From assembly GCA_965237905.1 (NCBI GenBank), contig OZ250172.1:2944001-3008000 (forward strand): a stretch of 64,000 nt of DNA, written 5' to 3'. The position numbers and the translations under genes are program-made. Shown here piece after piece: positions 40,230-50,262 of this stretch (position 1 is its first letter; each line of letters starts with the position of its first letter). The notes under the pieces are model-generated. The model made no database searches. It was not told the origin of the DNA and saw nothing but the letters and a program-made list of their open reading frames with translations. Origin of the DNA: Nitrospinaceae bacterium. Lineage in GTDB: Bacteria > Nitrospinota > Nitrospinia > Nitrospinales > Nitrospinaceae.

Positions 40230-40994
40230 TCAGCGGACTTCCAGATTCTCCTGGCATTCGATGCAAAGTGCTGTCAAGGGCAGGATCTCCAGGCGCTTGA
40301 GGGTGATGTATTTGGAACAGTTATCACAGACCCCGTAGGTATCCCCCTTAATCTTAAAAAGAGCTTCCTCAACCATTCTCAACTCATTTCTCTCCCGGCT
40401 GGAAAGTTGAAAAGCCATTTCCCGTCCTTCCAAGCTGGATGCCAGGTCTATTTCATTGCTGAAGGTAATGTCGTTAATGGTTCGCTCCACTTCCTTGGAA
40501 GAACGAAGCATCCCCATCAATCTTTTTCTGTCCTGATTCAACCGTTCCTGAATCTTTAAAATCCTCGGATCATCTTTTTTGAAAGGGGATCTCACAAACG
40601 GTTTGATTATTTCCTCTGGCGGTTCGACTACTTTTTTTGGAGCCGCTTTTTTAGGGACCGTTTTTTTGGGAACTACTTTTGCCACTGCTTTTTTGGCCGG
40701 GGCTTTTTTGGCGCTTGCCTTCGGTTTCTTTTGGGCCTTGGCTTTTTTTACCGTTTTTTTGGCCGGGGCTTTTTTGGCGCTTGCCTTCGGTTTCTTTTGA
40801 GCCTTGGTTTTTTTCTTCGCCGTTTTTTTCGCAGTGCTTTTAGATTTCTTTTTCACGGTCGCTTTCTTTTTCTTGCTTTTACCCGCTTTTTTGGCATGGG
40901 TCCGCTTTTTGGCGGCAGAGGATTTCTTTTTCGTTGAAGTAGTTTTGGACTTCTTCACTTTTTTCTTAACTGCTTTTTTCTTTTTAACCGCCAC
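40230..40994 (-). CDS. TraR/DksA C4 zinc-finger protein with histone-H1-like K/A-rich N-terminus
   Basis: YGVCDNC...RLEILPLTALCIECQ; about 120 aa of Lys/Ala/Pro repeats. Confidence 0.88.
   Translation of the reverse strand: MAVKKKKAVKKKVKKSKTTSTKKKSSAAKKRTHAKKAGKSKKKKATVKKKSKSTAKKTAKKKTKAQKKPKASAKKAPAKKTVKKAKAQKKPKASAKKAPAKKAVAKVVPKKTVPKKAAPKKVVEPPEEIIKPFVRSPFKKDDPRILKIQERLNQDRKRLMGMLRSSKEVERTINDITFSNEIDLASSLEGREMAFQLSSRERNELRMVEEALFKIKGDTYGVCDNCSKYITLKRLEILPLTALCIECQENLEVR
40689..40807. repeat. Intragenic direct repeat, about 53 bp, 66-bp period
   Basis: ttttttggccggggcttttttggcgcttgccttcggtttcttttg(g/a)gccttgg occurs twice and encodes KAQKKPKASAKKAPAKK. Confidence 0.9.
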
Positions 40995-41245
40995 TGTGGT
41001 GTCTCCAGATCAAGTTTTTTGATAGAAGATTAGATAGGAGTTCTAAATCAAATTGTGGTGATAATCGGGGGAATCCTGGCCGGAAATCACCTTCAATAGT
41101 CAAATAACCCCAATGAAATCAGTAATATAGGCTTGCTTGGGCCTAAAAACTGCCCTAAAGAGTATCATAGAAATTAAAAAGTACAAGAAATTATATGCAC
41201 GAGGATATTTTGCGGCCGCCGCTTCCGAGCCAATGGCAAATTCCA

Positions 41246-41536
41246 TTAAACTAACTCATAATCCACCACCACGGTTTCGAAACAAAGGGATCGCGCCAAC
41301 TGAATGACCGGCTGATGGACCTTATGCCCGGCATACGTCTCCAATCCCTGGCGGTTCTCAAAGTGAGTGGTCAGTACCAGGTCGAACGACCGGTCGGAGC
41401 CCTTGAAATCCTCCCCAACTTCAAGAAACTTCAGGGTTTCAATCTGGCCTTTCATTCCGTTCAGGGCGGATATCAGGGTTTTCAGATGGTTGGGGGATTT
41501 TTCCTTCAGTTTGAACATGACGATGTGTTTGATCAT
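41246..41536 (-). CDS. Dabb family (stress-responsive A/B barrel) protein
   Basis: MIKHIVMFKLK, FDLVL...F, Y..H..H, VVDY. Confidence 0.9.
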   Translation of the reverse strand: MIKHIVMFKLKEKSPNHLKTLISALNGMKGQIETLKFLEVGEDFKGSDRSFDLVLTTHFENRQGLETYAGHKVHQPVIQLARSLCFETVVVDYELV

Positions 41537-41692
41537 GGTGCCGCTCCTGTTTCAGGTGTCGCCGAGGGGATTGATTCGGGATGAGTTTATCCTCCCAGCC
41601 CACAATCGTGGCTGGGTTTTTTGAGAAATTCCCAGTATTATATAGGCTTTTGAGAAGCAAATTGTGAATTTATATTCAGAGGGTGGGCAGAC

Positions 41693-42415
41693 ATGTCCTG
41701 GTTACTTGGTGCTGGATTCGGATTTCTTCGTGGTGGGCCTCTTGGGGCCCTGGTGGGGGGAGCTGTCCAGTATGTGATGACAAAAAAAGTCCGGAAACTC
41801 ATTCGTCGGGGACTGCCGGGGGTAGTGGACGAAACGACGTTCGTTACCTGTATTATTGTGGTGATGACCAAGCTGGCCATGGTCAAAGGCCATATGACCC
41901 CGAGAGAAGTGGAGACGATTTACCGGTTTTTTGTGAAAAATTTGAATTACTCGGAGAGCGATCTCGAATCCATTAACCAGGTTATCCGTGAGACCTGCCG
42001 GGTCAATCCTGATCTGAATCCGGTCATCCAGAAATACAAGTCTTCGGCCCAGTCCATGTACCGGAGTCTTCTGCTGGTGTTGTCCTACCAGATCGCCCTG
42101 ATCGAAGATTCACTCACACATGAGGTGCAGAAAGGTATCAACGAATTGGCCGGCCTGCTGGACATATCCTTTGAGGAGCATGACCAAATCCGCCACAAGT
42201 ATTCTCTGGATGTTTTGGTGACGCCCTATACGGTTCTGGGTGTTGCTTCGACGGCCACCAACGATGAAATTAAAAAGGCCTACTGGCGGTTGGCCTCCCA
42301 ATGTCATCCCGATAAAGTGGTGCATTTGGGAGAAGATCAGGTGGAAGAGGCGCACCTCAAGTTTCTTGAAATTCAGGAAGCGTATCAGAAGCTGGGAAAA
42401 ACGCGGAGTCTTTGA
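41693..42415 (+). CDS. DjlA-like co-chaperone (TerB-like plus J domain)
   Basis: Gly-rich N-terminal anchor GGPLGALVG; PYTVLG, IKKAY, HPDK, EIQEAY. Confidence 0.88.
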   Translation: MSWLLGAGFGFLRGGPLGALVGGAVQYVMTKKVRKLIRRGLPGVVDETTFVTCIIVVMTKLAMVKGHMTPREVETIYRFFVKNLNYSESDLESINQVIRETCRVNPDLNPVIQKYKSSAQSMYRSLLLVLSYQIALIEDSLTHEVQKGINELAGLLDISFEEHDQIRHKYSLDVLVTPYTVLGVASTATNDEIKKAYWRLASQCHPDKVVHLGEDQVEEAHLKFLEIQEAYQKLGKTRSL

Positions 42416-42418
42416 TTC

Positions 42419-43774
42419 TTACTTGGACGGAGATTCAACTGCTTTAGGTTTGGGTTCTGTGGGCTCGTCGTTCGCGGGGTCTGTATCCGCCGCTTCAGTG
42501 GGAGTTTGATGAGATGGCTTCGGCGGGTATTCGGATGCAATCTTCCGCACAATGATGGAATTGATTTTCCTTTTACTGGCTTCCTTGACGGTTAACCGGA
42601 AACCGTTGATGACAACCTGATCGCCTGCCGCCGGAATTTTTTCCAGATTCTCTATCATGAGTCCGGCCATGGTTTCATAATCCCCTTCCGGGAGATCCAG
42701 TTTCAATTCTTCATTAACAGACCCTATTTCCTTATCGCCATCAATAAGATAGCCATCCTTATCATAGATTTCATACTTCTTGAGGGGCTCGTCGTATTCA
42801 TCTTCAATTTCTCCGACGATTTCCTCGACAATGTCCTCGATGGTGACAATACCGATACATCCGCCATATTCATCCACGACAATGGCGAGATGCAAACCTC
42901 GTTGCTGAAGTTCCTTCAATAGATCATCCAGCTTTTTGTTGGGCGGCACGTAGTAGGCCGGGCGGATCATTTCGGTGATGGGGGAATCGTCCTCCGGTAC
43001 GGTCAGCAAGTCGAAGGTATTCAAAATACCGATCAGATTAAATATCCGTTCGTGAAACACAGGGAGACGAGAAAACCCGGTTTCGTTGGAGATTTGATTG
43101 GCCTCACGCACCGTGGCTCCGTCGCTGATGGCGTAGGTCTGGATGAGGGGAACCATAACCTGATCGACGCGGAGTTCTCCGAAGTTAAAGATTCGGTGAA
43201 TCATTTTCTTTTCATCAATATCCAACTCCGAGGACAGGGAATCGGGGTGAGAGATATAGCGAATCTGCTCCCGGCTGACCGGCGTTAAATTCACCTTATG
43301 GGCTCCCCTTAGAATCATACGCAGGAGGAAATTATAGATAGTGCTGAATAAGGTAATGATCGGCGACAAGATCCGGCAAAAGAAATTGAGTGGGTGGATA
43401 AAGAATTGCATGATGCTATCCGCCCGGTTTTGGAAAATAACTTTTGGGATGATTTCCCCGCCGAATAAAATAACGGGTGAAATGATCAGCATGGAAACAA
43501 AGTCTCCCCATTGCTCGAAGCGGGTGATCATGAACCCTGTAAAAACGGCAGAAGCAGAGACCACGGCTATGTTGGTGCCCAGAGAAGTGGTGGCAAATAG
43601 CCTTTCCGGTTTGCCGATCAGATCGAGAATCATTTTTGCGGAAGCACTGCCTTCCTCAGACCGCTGTTCCATTTTGAAGCGGTTGATGGAGATCATCCCG
43701 ATTTCACATCCCGAAAAGAACGCTTCGATCAGGATGCAGACGAGGACAATGATTAGTGTGGTGCCTAGTTCCAT
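42419..43774 (-). CDS. HlyC/CorC (CNNM-CBS-CorC) metal transporter family protein, copy 2
   Basis: [44 protein letters not shown]. Confidence 0.93.
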   Translation of the reverse strand: MELGTTLIIVLVCILIEAFFSGCEIGMISINRFKMEQRSEEGSASAKMILDLIGKPERLFATTSLGTNIAVVSASAVFTGFMITRFEQWGDFVSMLIISPVILFGGEIIPKVIFQNRADSIMQFFIHPLNFFCRILSPIITLFSTIYNFLLRMILRGAHKVNLTPVSREQIRYISHPDSLSSELDIDEKKMIHRIFNFGELRVDQVMVPLIQTYAISDGATVREANQISNETGFSRLPVFHERIFNLIGILNTFDLLTVPEDDSPITEMIRPAYYVPPNKKLDDLLKELQQRGLHLAIVVDEYGGCIGIVTIEDIVEEIVGEIEDEYDEPLKKYEIYDKDGYLIDGDKEIGSVNEELKLDLPEGDYETMAGLMIENLEKIPAAGDQVVINGFRLTVKEASKRKINSIIVRKIASEYPPKPSHQTPTEAADTDPANDEPTEPKPKAVESPSK

Positions 43775-45072
43775 TAGATTTTGGGCGCCTCCTTCGTCTC
43801 GGAAACTTTTGAGGGTTTAGGGCTGGATAGTGTCAAGTGAAGACTCATGATGCGTGCCCCCTTCATTTTTTCCACGCGAAATTTAAAACGGTCATACTTG
43901 ATGCTTTCGCCGGAGCGGGGTACCCGACCAAACAAACCAAAAACGAATCCACCGATTGTGGTGATATCGCCATTAGGCAGTTGGCAGTTGAACGCTTCAT
44001 TGAATTCAGAAATACTGCCGGTGGCGGTCAGGCGAAACCGTTTTTCGGTAATCTTGACGATCGGAATTTCCTCCTGCCTCATTTCGCTGTCGATTTCGCC
44101 CACCAGTTCTTCCAGGATATCTTCGAGGGTGACGAGGCCCGTAACGCTTCCAAATTCGTCCAGCACAATGGCCATATGACGTTTCATTTTTTTGAAATCC
44201 TGAAGCATGTCCTTGATTTTGCGGTTTTCCGGAACCGAAATGACAGGCTGAAGAATGCCTTTGAGGTTGAATTTGTCCTTTAACTGCTGGCGATGGCGGT
44301 TCAATGCTTTGGTGAGCAGAATTCCCAGAACCGCTTCCTCATTTTCGTCATATACCGGAACGCGCGCATAGAAGTTCTCTAGAATTTTCGGGAGGATTTC
44401 CTCCATCGTATCGTTTGCGTTCAACGTGAACATATCGATTTTTGGGGTCATCACATCGCCGACCGTTTTTTCGCCGAACTCCATGACATTGTGAATCAGC
44501 TCGCTTTCTTCCGGATCGATCACTCCCTCGTTTTTTCCCAGTTTGACCATGCTGGTGAACTCTTCATCCGATATGCGGTCCTTCTTATTTTTGGGAAGAA
44601 TACCGACCCAGGACATGATGGTTTCAGCCAGCCGGGTAAACAGTTTTTGGATGGGGAGGACCAGACGGTAAAACAGATTGAGCGGACGGGCCGCGAACAA
44701 GGCGAACTTTTCAGCGAAATTCAGTGACAGGGATTTGGGTACGATTTCCCCAAACAGGAGAATCAGGAAGGTGCCCACACCGATGGCGATGGCGATACCC
44801 GCGTCCTCGAACAACTTGAGGGCGATCGAAGTGGCCAATGCGGATATGGCAATATTGACCAACTCATTCCCAATGTAGATGGTGATGAGTAGTTCCCGTG
44901 GTTTTTCGAGGAGAAGACTGATGAGTTGTCCACCCCGGCCTCGGGTTTCCTTCATGGAGGCCAGTTGGGCCTGGTTCAGGGAAAAGAATGCGGCCTCACA
45001 AGCTGCGAAAAAGGCCGAAAACCCCAAAAGGATACTGAGCAGAATGGACCGGGGTAATATTATGTCGTCCAA
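43774..45072 (-). CDS. HlyC/CorC (CNNM-CBS-CorC) family protein, copy 1
   Basis: SAFFAACE, FGEIVPK, MAIVLDEFG, EDILEELVGEI; TAATG overlap with copy 2. Confidence 0.93.
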   Translation of the reverse strand: MDDIILPRSILLSILLGFSAFFAACEAAFFSLNQAQLASMKETRGRGGQLISLLLEKPRELLITIYIGNELVNIAISALATSIALKLFEDAGIAIAIGVGTFLILLFGEIVPKSLSLNFAEKFALFAARPLNLFYRLVLPIQKLFTRLAETIMSWVGILPKNKKDRISDEEFTSMVKLGKNEGVIDPEESELIHNVMEFGEKTVGDVMTPKIDMFTLNANDTMEEILPKILENFYARVPVYDENEEAVLGILLTKALNRHRQQLKDKFNLKGILQPVISVPENRKIKDMLQDFKKMKRHMAIVLDEFGSVTGLVTLEDILEELVGEIDSEMRQEEIPIVKITEKRFRLTATGSISEFNEAFNCQLPNGDITTIGGFVFGLFGRVPRSGESIKYDRFKFRVEKMKGARIMSLHLTLSSPKPSKVSETKEAPKI

Positions 45073-45158
45073 AAGATGTATTTAGTTCCTAAATGAGCCG
45101 AAACCTGCGGCCTGCAACATGGAGCAACCTAGGCGGAAAAAGGAAACATATTGATATT

Positions 45159-46187
45159 TCAGCTTTCCCTTTTAAAGTGGTTGAACCCCATCGGCCTTTG
45201 GAGAACTTTACTACGACCGGTTTTCGATATCAGGCGAATGCCTTTCCTGACCGTAATCACTCCAATTTGAGTCACAGGTTGGTCGACTTTAGTAATGGAC
45301 TCTATATCTAAATTATTAACATCTTCAGGGGCCAATGTAAATAATAATTCATAGTCTTCCCCTCCCCCCAGAGCCAATTCGAGGGCGGGTAAATCATTGA
45401 TAAGGCTATACTTTGCAAGGGGTTTGGAGATCGGAACTTTGTCCTCCCAGAGCTCTGCGCCCGCATGATTTGCCTTCAGGATATGCCCCAGATCCTGAGT
45501 CAATCCATCGCTGATATCGATCATCGATGTCACCTTATATTTGGATCGGGCCAGCCAGGCAGCCTCTTTCACACGGGGTTCCGGTTTGAGGTGCCGCTGG
45601 ACACATTTTTTTTTATGGGCTTCCGAACCTTTCCACTTTTTCTTGGGAGACTCCAGAATTTTAAGACCCAGGGCGGAATCTCCCAGGGTTCCCGTCACGA
45701 AAATCCTGTCTCCCGGCCGGGCTCCCGAGCGGGTAAAAACTTTCTTTTTCAGGGTCTCTCCCAGCAGAGCCAGATTGATGAACAGGTGCTTGGGGGAAGC
45801 CACCGTATCTCCGCCCACCAGAGCCACTTTATATTTCAGGGATGCCTGGTTGAGGCCTTTATAAAAACGATCCAGGAAATCGACCGGAATCGAATTTGGA
45901 ATGCCCACCGATATGACGGCAAATTTGGGTTGGCCTCCCATGGCGGCGATGTCGCTGATATTGACTGCCAGCGTTTTCCATCCTAATTGTTCCGGAGTGT
46001 GGGTTTTTAAATTAAAATGGACAGTTTCCACCAAAGCATCGGTCGTCAGAACTTGATAGTTGCCGTTGTTAAGGGACAGCACTGCGCAGTCATCGCCGAT
46101 ACCCTGGATGACTTGGGGAGAACGGTATTTAAGACGGGATTGAAACCGGGAAATTAGGCCAAATTCTCCTAATTTTGAAAGATCCAT
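45159..46187 (-). CDS. thiL: Thiamine-phosphate kinase
   Basis: GEFGLI, GIGDDCA, AVNISDIAAMGG, GGDT, IDISDGL, GGEDYELLF. Confidence 0.97.
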   Translation of the reverse strand: MDLSKLGEFGLISRFQSRLKYRSPQVIQGIGDDCAVLSLNNGNYQVLTTDALVETVHFNLKTHTPEQLGWKTLAVNISDIAAMGGQPKFAVISVGIPNSIPVDFLDRFYKGLNQASLKYKVALVGGDTVASPKHLFINLALLGETLKKKVFTRSGARPGDRIFVTGTLGDSALGLKILESPKKKWKGSEAHKKKCVQRHLKPEPRVKEAAWLARSKYKVTSMIDISDGLTQDLGHILKANHAGAELWEDKVPISKPLAKYSLINDLPALELALGGGEDYELLFTLAPEDVNNLDIESITKVDQPVTQIGVITVRKGIRLISKTGRSKVLQRPMGFNHFKRES

Positions 46188-46198
46188 GACAGGGTTTT

Positions 46199-46432
46199 TT
46201 AAATACCTTTTTTGAAAAAATCCCGGGCCATGGCATCGATATCCAATTTTTTATCGATTTTGATCGAAAGTTTGTCACCGACCTCAAACTGATACTTTTG
46301 GAATTCCTCCAGGCTGAAAGTCACTTCAATTTCATTTTCAGTCTGCTGGACCCATATGGTGACATCTCTTTCTACCTCTGCTTTATTGGGCGGGACGGAA
46401 GTTTGGGTAATTTCACCTTCCAATTGAATCAT
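46199..46432 (-). CDS. Small hypothetical protein
   Basis: 77-aa ORF ending 11 bp before thiL, same strand. Confidence 0.6.
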   Translation of the reverse strand: MIQLEGEITQTSVPPNKAEVERDVTIWVQQTENEIEVTFSLEEFQKYQFEVGDKLSIKIDKKLDIDAMARDFFKKGI

Positions 46433-46534
46433 CTTAGGATTTCCTTATTAGTTTAAATAGATTGGCTTCTTAATGATTTTCCTTCATTTGGCTGCATATT
46501 GCTATTGAATTGTCGCGGAAGTCGGCTGGAAGTT

Positions 46535-46573
46535 AAACAAAAATTCCCCCCTGAACTTGCCAGGGGGGAATTT
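46535..46573 (-). terminator. Rho-independent terminator of CBS gene
   Basis: aaattcccccctg-aacttgc-caggggggaattt, a 13-bp stem that is U-rich on the minus strand. Confidence 0.8.
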
Positions 46574-46611
46574 ATAAAGGTGAAGAATGGGTTTTAGCTG
46601 ATAATCAAATC

Positions 46612-47010
46612 TTATTCCTGCATGCGAAAGTCCTTGGAGTAATAAGCAACCAGATCTTTGACCGATAGGACTCCTACGATTTTGTCATCATCCGTTATTG
46701 CCAAATGGCGGATTTTGTTTTTGTGCATGTATTGGTTGGCCTCTTCAATGGGCATATAACGATCCATAGATTCGATGGAGCCCATAATATCAGAAACCTT
46801 CATCTCTTCCGGATTCGCCCCTTTGGCCAGCACTTTTTGGCTGAGTTCCCTTTCCGTGATGATACCGATGTCATCTCCATGTTCTTCAACGATGAGGCTT
46901 CCCACATGACTCTTTTCCATCAAAATCGCCGCATCCTGTACGGAAGATTCCGAATCAACTCTCAATACCGGGGAGGACATGTATTCCCCCACTTCATCCA
47001 TCGTATCCAT
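46612..47010 (-). CDS. Stand-alone CBS-pair protein
   Basis: Start MDTMDEVGEYMSSPV; GIITERE, IRHLAI, VGVLSVKDL. Confidence 0.9.
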   Translation of the reverse strand: MDTMDEVGEYMSSPVLRVDSESSVQDAAILMEKSHVGSLIVEEHGDDIGIITERELSQKVLAKGANPEEMKVSDIMGSIESMDRYMPIEEANQYMHKNKIRHLAITDDDKIVGVLSVKDLVAYYSKDFRMQE

Positions 47011-47201
47011 ACTGCCCCCTTGGTTTATATGTAAGAATATTGAACCCAATAAGGTAGATTTTGTGTCTTCAGTAATATGGGATGATAATAGATGAGGTGC
47101 CATGGATTCAACAAAAATCGAAATCCCCGGGTCCGGGTCGACGGGGGACAGGCAAAATAAGATCAAACTTTTCAAGGGTTAAGGATCAGAGGGTAGGGGG
47201 G

Positions 47202-47837
47202 TTACTTGACTTCTTTTACCAACCAGGCGTGATATTTTTCTGCGGTGACGTGATGCCAGAAAACAGCCCCGATATTGAAATGAACCAGCCAAGCACCCTG
47301 GTCCCCCTGTTGACAGAGTTTTTTCTGATACCGGTCCGTTATGACGGATACTTCTTCACAAGTGGTGGTGCTCCAGTAATAATGACCGCGCCCGTCATCG
47401 AAAAGAGGATGTACCCAAGACTTCTGGCCGCTCACATTTTTCACCCGTTGTTTGTACATCAGGGTTTTGAGTTCCGGAAGGGTGGGGAGTCGCCAGCCGG
47501 GTGTGCCGTCGATATCGGCTCCGATGGCATAATCCTTTGCCATTTTAAGTGAATATTTATTCAGGTGGCCCTTCTTCGCCCATTTCAGTTTGTTGACCGT
47601 ATCCGTGATAGTTCCGTTCTTATTGTCGACAAACTTGGGAGTGGGCAAATTTTCCAGTTGTTTATCGGATACCTTTTTACATTCGGCGAGTAACGGGGCG
47701 GATCTGGGACATTGATTGAGAATATCAAAATGCCCCATGGTTTTTATCATAGTGCAGACCTTTGCCTTGGAGCATCTTGCCCAGGAGGAGGTGGGCCAAG
47801 CCACCAGGACTACTAGAATTAAGAAAAGAACCCGCAT
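47202..47837 (-). CDS. Exported DUF1566 (Lcl C-terminal) protein
   Basis: Signal peptide, FVDNKNGTITDTVNKLKW, GWRLPTLPEL, YWSTT. Confidence 0.85.
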   Translation of the reverse strand: MRVLFLILVVLVAWPTSSWARCSKAKVCTMIKTMGHFDILNQCPRSAPLLAECKKVSDKQLENLPTPKFVDNKNGTITDTVNKLKWAKKGHLNKYSLKMAKDYAIGADIDGTPGWRLPTLPELKTLMYKQRVKNVSGQKSWVHPLFDDGRGHYYWSTTTCEEVSVITDRYQKKLCQQGDQGAWLVHFNIGAVFWHHVTAEKYHAWLVKEVK

Positions 47838-47967
47838 CAACCATCTCCTATTTATAAGGAATTTGGAAATCCAAACCGTGAAATTTAAGGGGATACGTAA
47901 AAATCCTGGTCAGAATACAATATTTTTCAGGGAATATAAACGAATATTTAAACGGGTTTAGCACAGT

Positions 47968-48831
47968 TTAAAGGGCTTGAAGAACCGCGTCCAGCCGCTC
48001 GAAAGCTTCTTTTCCTTTGAGGGGTAAAAGGTACTTCGTGCCGACAATGGAGTTGGCGGAAGGGTCCAGATTGATGTTGATCGCCGGTGCGCCCTGCCTC
48101 ATGAACTCAAGGGCAAGATAATCGTTGGTGGGAACGGCGCCCGAACTTCCAACCAGAATCACCAAATCGACCGGCTCTCTCGCGAATGAATGAAAATTCT
48201 TTTCCTGCTCCGGGTGGCCGGTGTATTCCCCATCGCCAAACATCAGAATGTGCGGACGGGCGACGCCGCGGCAACGGGGGCACTTGGGATACTTCGAGGC
48301 TTTCATGGTGTCGTGATCGAGATCGCACAGGGGAACCGAATCCTCCTGCCAGTAGGCATAAGAACAGACATTCAGGCACTGGAGCCGCCACATGGACCCG
48401 TGAACCTCTTTCACCTTGTCGGCGGGGCACCCCGACCGCAAATGATAGCCATCGGTATTGGTGGTGTGAATGAACGCGTCATCGAAATGTTCCTCGATCC
48501 ATTTGTTGATAATGGTGTATCCAGCATGAGGCTGGTTTTCGTCGGCATTACGACGTCGCCATTCGTAAAACGCCCAGGCATGGGGAAGTTCGTTGCGGAA
48601 AGCCCAGGGGCTGGCCAAATCCTGCGCCTCCAACCCTTTTTCTTTGAAGGGTGGAAAATTACTCCAGTAACCCTCCTTGTCGCGGAAGGTGGGGATATTG
48701 GAATCGGCGCTCATGCCGGCGCTGGTGAGAAACACGACGCGCCGGGCGTCGTGGATCAGTTGGGCGCATTGTTTAATAAGTTGGTCAGTATCCATATCCG
48801 AGTTCAAAGTTCGCCATTCCTTTTCCCGCAA
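47968..48831 (-). CDS. Sir2-family NAD-dependent deacylase-like protein
   Basis: TSAGMSADSNIPTFR, TNTDG, EVHGS, C..VC/CPRC zinc site, RPHILMFGD, VGSSG. Start is TTG 48831 or ATG 48795. Confidence 0.9.
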   Translation of the reverse strand: MREKEWRTLNSDMDTDQLIKQCAQLIHDARRVVFLTSAGMSADSNIPTFRDKEGYWSNFPPFKEKGLEAQDLASPWAFRNELPHAWAFYEWRRRNADENQPHAGYTIINKWIEEHFDDAFIHTTNTDGYHLRSGCPADKVKEVHGSMWRLQCLNVCSYAYWQEDSVPLCDLDHDTMKASKYPKCPRCRGVARPHILMFGDGEYTGHPEQEKNFHSFAREPVDLVILVGSSGAVPTNDYLALEFMRQGAPAININLDPSANSIVGTKYLLPLKGKEAFERLDAVLQAL

Positions 48832-48972
48832 AAGGTCCGCAAATTGTCGGTTAATATATTATTTGGCGGCTTACGATCTGTATGATCGAACGTCTGCTTT
48901 TGCACCATAGGTGTTATCACGCAGAAACAGCTCAGAGATCAAAAACTCTGAAAAAGAATTGACGGAATAGAT

Positions 48973-49386
48973 TCATTTTTTTTCAAACAGGGCATCCAGA
49001 ATCGGGCATTCGGGTATTACACCGCCTTCACACTGCGAAGAAATTTTAGCCAGTATTTTTTCCAGCTTTTTTAAATCCACAATCTTCCGGCGAATATCTC
49101 CAAGATGATGAAGTGTGATCTTTTGCACTTGAACGCAGGTGTTTTCGCCACCATCAACCAACCTCAAGAGAGCCCGAATTTCTTCAAGTGAAAAACCCAG
49201 GCCCCTGCCACGGCGTATGAAAACCAGCCGCTTCAGGTGATTTTCACTATAAATCCGATGTCCACCTTCAGTTCGAGGTGGTTTTGGGAATATCGCAATC
49301 TTTTCGTAATAGCGGATTGTCTCAATCTTGCAGTGAGTGAGATCGGACAAAACTCCAATAGTTAATCTTTTTTCTCTATTTTGCAT
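48973..49386 (-). CDS. MerR-family metal-responsive regulator (three-Cys Hg/Cd/Pb type)
   Basis: Start MQNREK after AGGAG; TIG...ETIRYYE...RTEGGHRIY, LGFSLEEI; Cys in NTC, SQC and ECPI. Confidence 0.93.
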   Translation of the reverse strand: MQNREKRLTIGVLSDLTHCKIETIRYYEKIAIFPKPPRTEGGHRIYSENHLKRLVFIRRGRGLGFSLEEIRALLRLVDGGENTCVQVQKITLHHLGDIRRKIVDLKKLEKILAKISSQCEGGVIPECPILDALFEKK

Positions 49387-49394
49387 AAAACTCC

Positions 49395-49425
49395 TTGAAC
49401 CTGTAGTTACTACAGGTTTTATATT
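49395..49425 (+). promoter_or_regulatory. MerR-type promoter/operator
   Basis: TTGAAC (49395-49400), 19 bp, TATATT (49420-49425); perfect dyad aacctgtagt-t-actacaggtt at 49398-49418. Confidence 0.92.
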
Positions 49426-49476
49426 ATAAGCGAAAAAATGATTTTTGGGAAATGACTTTAAAACCGGGAGAGGATC

Positions 49477-50187
49477 ATGGACAAAACACAGATCAATCAA
49501 GAAATCGTATCGGCTTTTAAGCTTGGCATCCCTCCAGTAGCAATGGCCTTCGTTGATGGACAACCGGACGGCGTGAGCACTATTGAGGGTGAATACCCCT
49601 CGTTTTGTACCTTTTGGCGCATGGCTGAGGAAAAAGTATTCTATGCACCGGCGGATAAACATTACAACTGTCCGATTGGAGCCATGATATTGGGGATCGA
49701 GATGCCCAAAGAGGTGCAGGAAGAACTGGGTGGCTTGGTTGAAAAAATGTGTGAATGTTCTTACCTGTCCGAGGATGAACCGGCAAATATTCCCACCCTT
49801 TCCAAGAAAATGAGCGGCGTGGTATATGGTCCATTGAAAGGCTTTCCGGTGGAACCTGAACTGGTCATGATGTGGTTGAAACCTTCACAGGCGATGATCT
49901 ACAACGAGGTTTTAGGTTGCTGTAAATGGTCGGAAAGCATGCAATCTATGGCGTTAGGAAGACCGGCTTGCGCGGTGATTCCAACAACCCTGGACAAGTC
50001 TCCGTTTGGGATGTCGCTAGGTTGTACCGGAATGCGTACCTTCACCGAAATCAGTGATGAACATATTCTGGCCACACTCAACTTTAGAGAGATAGATTCG
50101 TTCCTGACCAATCTTAAATCTACGGTATCGGCCAATAAAGAGATGGAAGAAATTTATATAAGCAAGAAAAACCAATTCGCCAATTAA
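49477..50187 (+). CDS. DUF169 domain protein
   Basis: PVA, FC, CPIGA..LG, YGPL..FP..P, ACA, SLGCTGMR. Confidence 0.85.
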   Translation: MDKTQINQEIVSAFKLGIPPVAMAFVDGQPDGVSTIEGEYPSFCTFWRMAEEKVFYAPADKHYNCPIGAMILGIEMPKEVQEELGGLVEKMCECSYLSEDEPANIPTLSKKMSGVVYGPLKGFPVEPELVMMWLKPSQAMIYNEVLGCCKWSESMQSMALGRPACAVIPTTLDKSPFGMSLGCTGMRTFTEISDEHILATLNFREIDSFLTNLKSTVSANKEMEEIYISKKNQFAN

Positions 50188-50262
50188 TAATTATCCTTTT
50201 ATAAAAGCAAGCCGGTTCCTTGGTTTGTTTAAATGAAGTTGTTCCACACGTAGGTTGAGACC

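Noticed and set aside
42419..45072. Tandem CNNM/HlyC genes as a novel system
   Set aside because: Tandem pairs of this family are common in many bacteria.
49387..49662. N-terminal extension of merR in the ORF track (likewise for mtfA, CBS, HD and rplI)
   Set aside because: The merR extension runs through the operator and into DUF169, while an ATG with an SD exists at 49386; the others also have better downstream starts.
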